51,463 nucleotides of DNA from positions 1-51,463 of the forward strand of contig LBYP01000010.1 in NCBI GenBank assembly GCA_000996245.1, written 5' to 3'. This DNA comes from Parcubacteria group bacterium GW2011_GWA2_40_23. Lineage in GTDB: Bacteria; Patescibacteriota; Patescibacteriia; UBA11705; JABHMO01. A program made the position numbers and the translations under genes. Positions 50,414 through 51,463 of the stretch are shown here, piece after piece; within the stretch, counting starts at the first letter, position 1, and each line of letters opens with the position of its first letter. Below the pieces are notes generated by a model, which saw only the letters and a program-made list of their open reading frames with translations, was not told the origin of the DNA and made no database searches.

Positions 50414-51211
50414 ATGCAAACCATACTTTTGCTGTTAATCGTATTTCTAGCGTTAACATTTATCTTTCATGTTGCTATTTTACAAGCATGCTTGAAGATC
50501 TTTAAGATTCAAAATCGTAATGTTAAAGGCACAATCCGCATAGCTGCTATTTTGATGCTGTGGACGGCTATTTTTGCTGTGCCAAATCTATACTACGGAA
50601 AGGGTCCTCTCGTAGTTTTCGCCAGCTTAATATCATTGGTCGGAATATTTTTTATACTGCGATATTTTCTTAGAAAAAACAATCAGATAAGCACCAAAAA
50701 AGTATTTGGTTTATTCATTGCATATTATATTTCCTCCTTTATTGTGATGGCTCTTGGGGTAGCTCTAATCAGAGCAACACTTTTTATGCCTTTCTATACA
50801 GCTGGCGCTGCCATGGAACCAAATTTCAAAGCGGGTGATTACATGCTGATCAAAAGAATCAACATTGAAATTGATAGAGGTGATGCCATTGTTTTTATAG
50901 ACCCTAGTAATGATACAAAAACACAATATTTCTTGAAAAGAGTTGTTGGACTGCCTGGCGAAAAAATTGTCATTAAAGATGGAAACCTGCTAATCAATGG
51001 GGAAATACTGTCAGAATCAGCTTATTTGCCAACAGGAGAAAAAACGCCCGGAGAAATAGACACTCTATTGAAAGACGATGAATACTTTGTGCTTGGCGAC
51101 AACAGAGATCAAAGTTACGATTCTAGAAAATTTGGTTCTATAACAAAAGAAGGTATTATTGGAAAAGTTTGGGTTCGACCTGGAATAACAATCAACTTGC
51201 CAGAGAGATAA
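50414..51211 (+). CDS. Signal peptidase I homolog with Ala at the nucleophile Ser position
   Basis: ATG 50414 is preferred over GTG 50363, which lies in the inverted repeat. Multi-TM N-terminus. Box B reads GAAMEPNF instead of G-x-S-M-x-P. Box D LKRVVGLPGE and box E GDNRDQSYDSR are intact. Confidence 0.75.
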   Translation: MQTILLLLIVFLALTFIFHVAILQACLKIFKIQNRNVKGTIRIAAILMLWTAIFAVPNLYYGKGPLVVFASLISLVGIFFILRYFLRKNNQISTKKVFGLFIAYYISSFIVMALGVALIRATLFMPFYTAGAAMEPNFKAGDYMLIKRINIEIDRGDAIVFIDPSNDTKTQYFLKRVVGLPGEKIVIKDGNLLINGEILSESAYLPTGEKTPGEIDTLLKDDEYFVLGDNRDQSYDSRKFGSITKEGIIGKVWVRPGITINLPER

Positions 51212-51284
51212 AAAAATAAAATTGTTCTGGTTCTATATTCCTCCCTTTGGTCGGAATAAAAAATATATTGTTACATCATATAAC
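51210..51284. repeat. Composite inverted repeat, right arm (starts within the lepB-like stop codon)
   Basis: The inner 27 nt AAAAAAATAAAATTGTTCTGGTTCTAT is the exact reverse complement of 50367-50393. The outer 27 nt (51258-51284) matches 50318-50344 at 25/27. Confidence 0.85.
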
Positions 51285-51463
51285 AGCGTGTATGCGGTTC
51301 CGCTCCCTGCTGATGCAGTGTTCGCTTCACCCATATCGCTAAGGCGACATCGCATACACGCGTACGTTATATGAAATAGCCAGAATTTCTTTATCTTTTT
51401 CGATTTTGGCAATTTATTTCAGGTCGAATATAGCTTGTGATATAATTTAGTCAGTTTTAATCA

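Overview
Low-GC bacterial fragment: 21/60 GC by hand count on line 15241. Most genes lack a Shine-Dalgarno (SD) sequence. Gene content and the Cys-rich, pilin-like surface proteins suggest a Patescibacteria/CPR-like organism (inference only). The housekeeping backbone holds two tandem RelA/SpoT homologs, parA/parB, scpA/scpB, aspS plus asnS, an RluD-like synthase, a CCA-adding enzyme, a gmk-like gene, rplS, uvrA, a split porGDAB cluster, a DsbA-like oxidoreductase, secG, a family-5 substrate-binding protein, RNase J, a LepB-like protein, hicBA and three tRNAs. Three sharply GC-rich blocks sit inside this backbone (about 5.7-7.4 kb, 10.2-11.1 kb, 19.1-24.7 kb). Sampled lines give 33/60, 35/60 and 43/60 GC. 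An ABC exporter has intermediate GC. Unlike the backbone genes, the GC-rich genes carry GGAGG-type ribosome binding sites, yet they sit behind AT-rich TTGACA-N17 promoters and ahead of hairpin terminators. The main candidate for something new is the 19.1-24.7 kb block. It is a tandemly duplicated cassette array encoding four divergent paralogous secreted or membrane-anchored proteins that I cannot place in any family. It also encodes two mini-TM peptides, a TM protein and a WxcM/FdtA-like cupin. Its non-coding flanks (a 370-400 bp module with terminator, GATTAC iterons, a 30-bp palindrome and a promoter) are far better conserved than the genes they bracket. Almost every intergenic region is built from families of short word repeats and nested inverted repeats. 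Two of these are 89-nt four-way-junction elements with compensatory changes, each filling the gap between convergent genes. Other notable points: a lepB-like gene with the nucleophile Ser replaced by Ala and bracketed by a perfect 27-bp inverted repeat; a hicBA cassette bracketed by 28-nt direct repeats; a por operon interrupted by two repeat-flanked genes; and an HNH / LexA-like / fused type IIG R-M islet. No rRNA, CRISPR array, integrase or transposase was seen.
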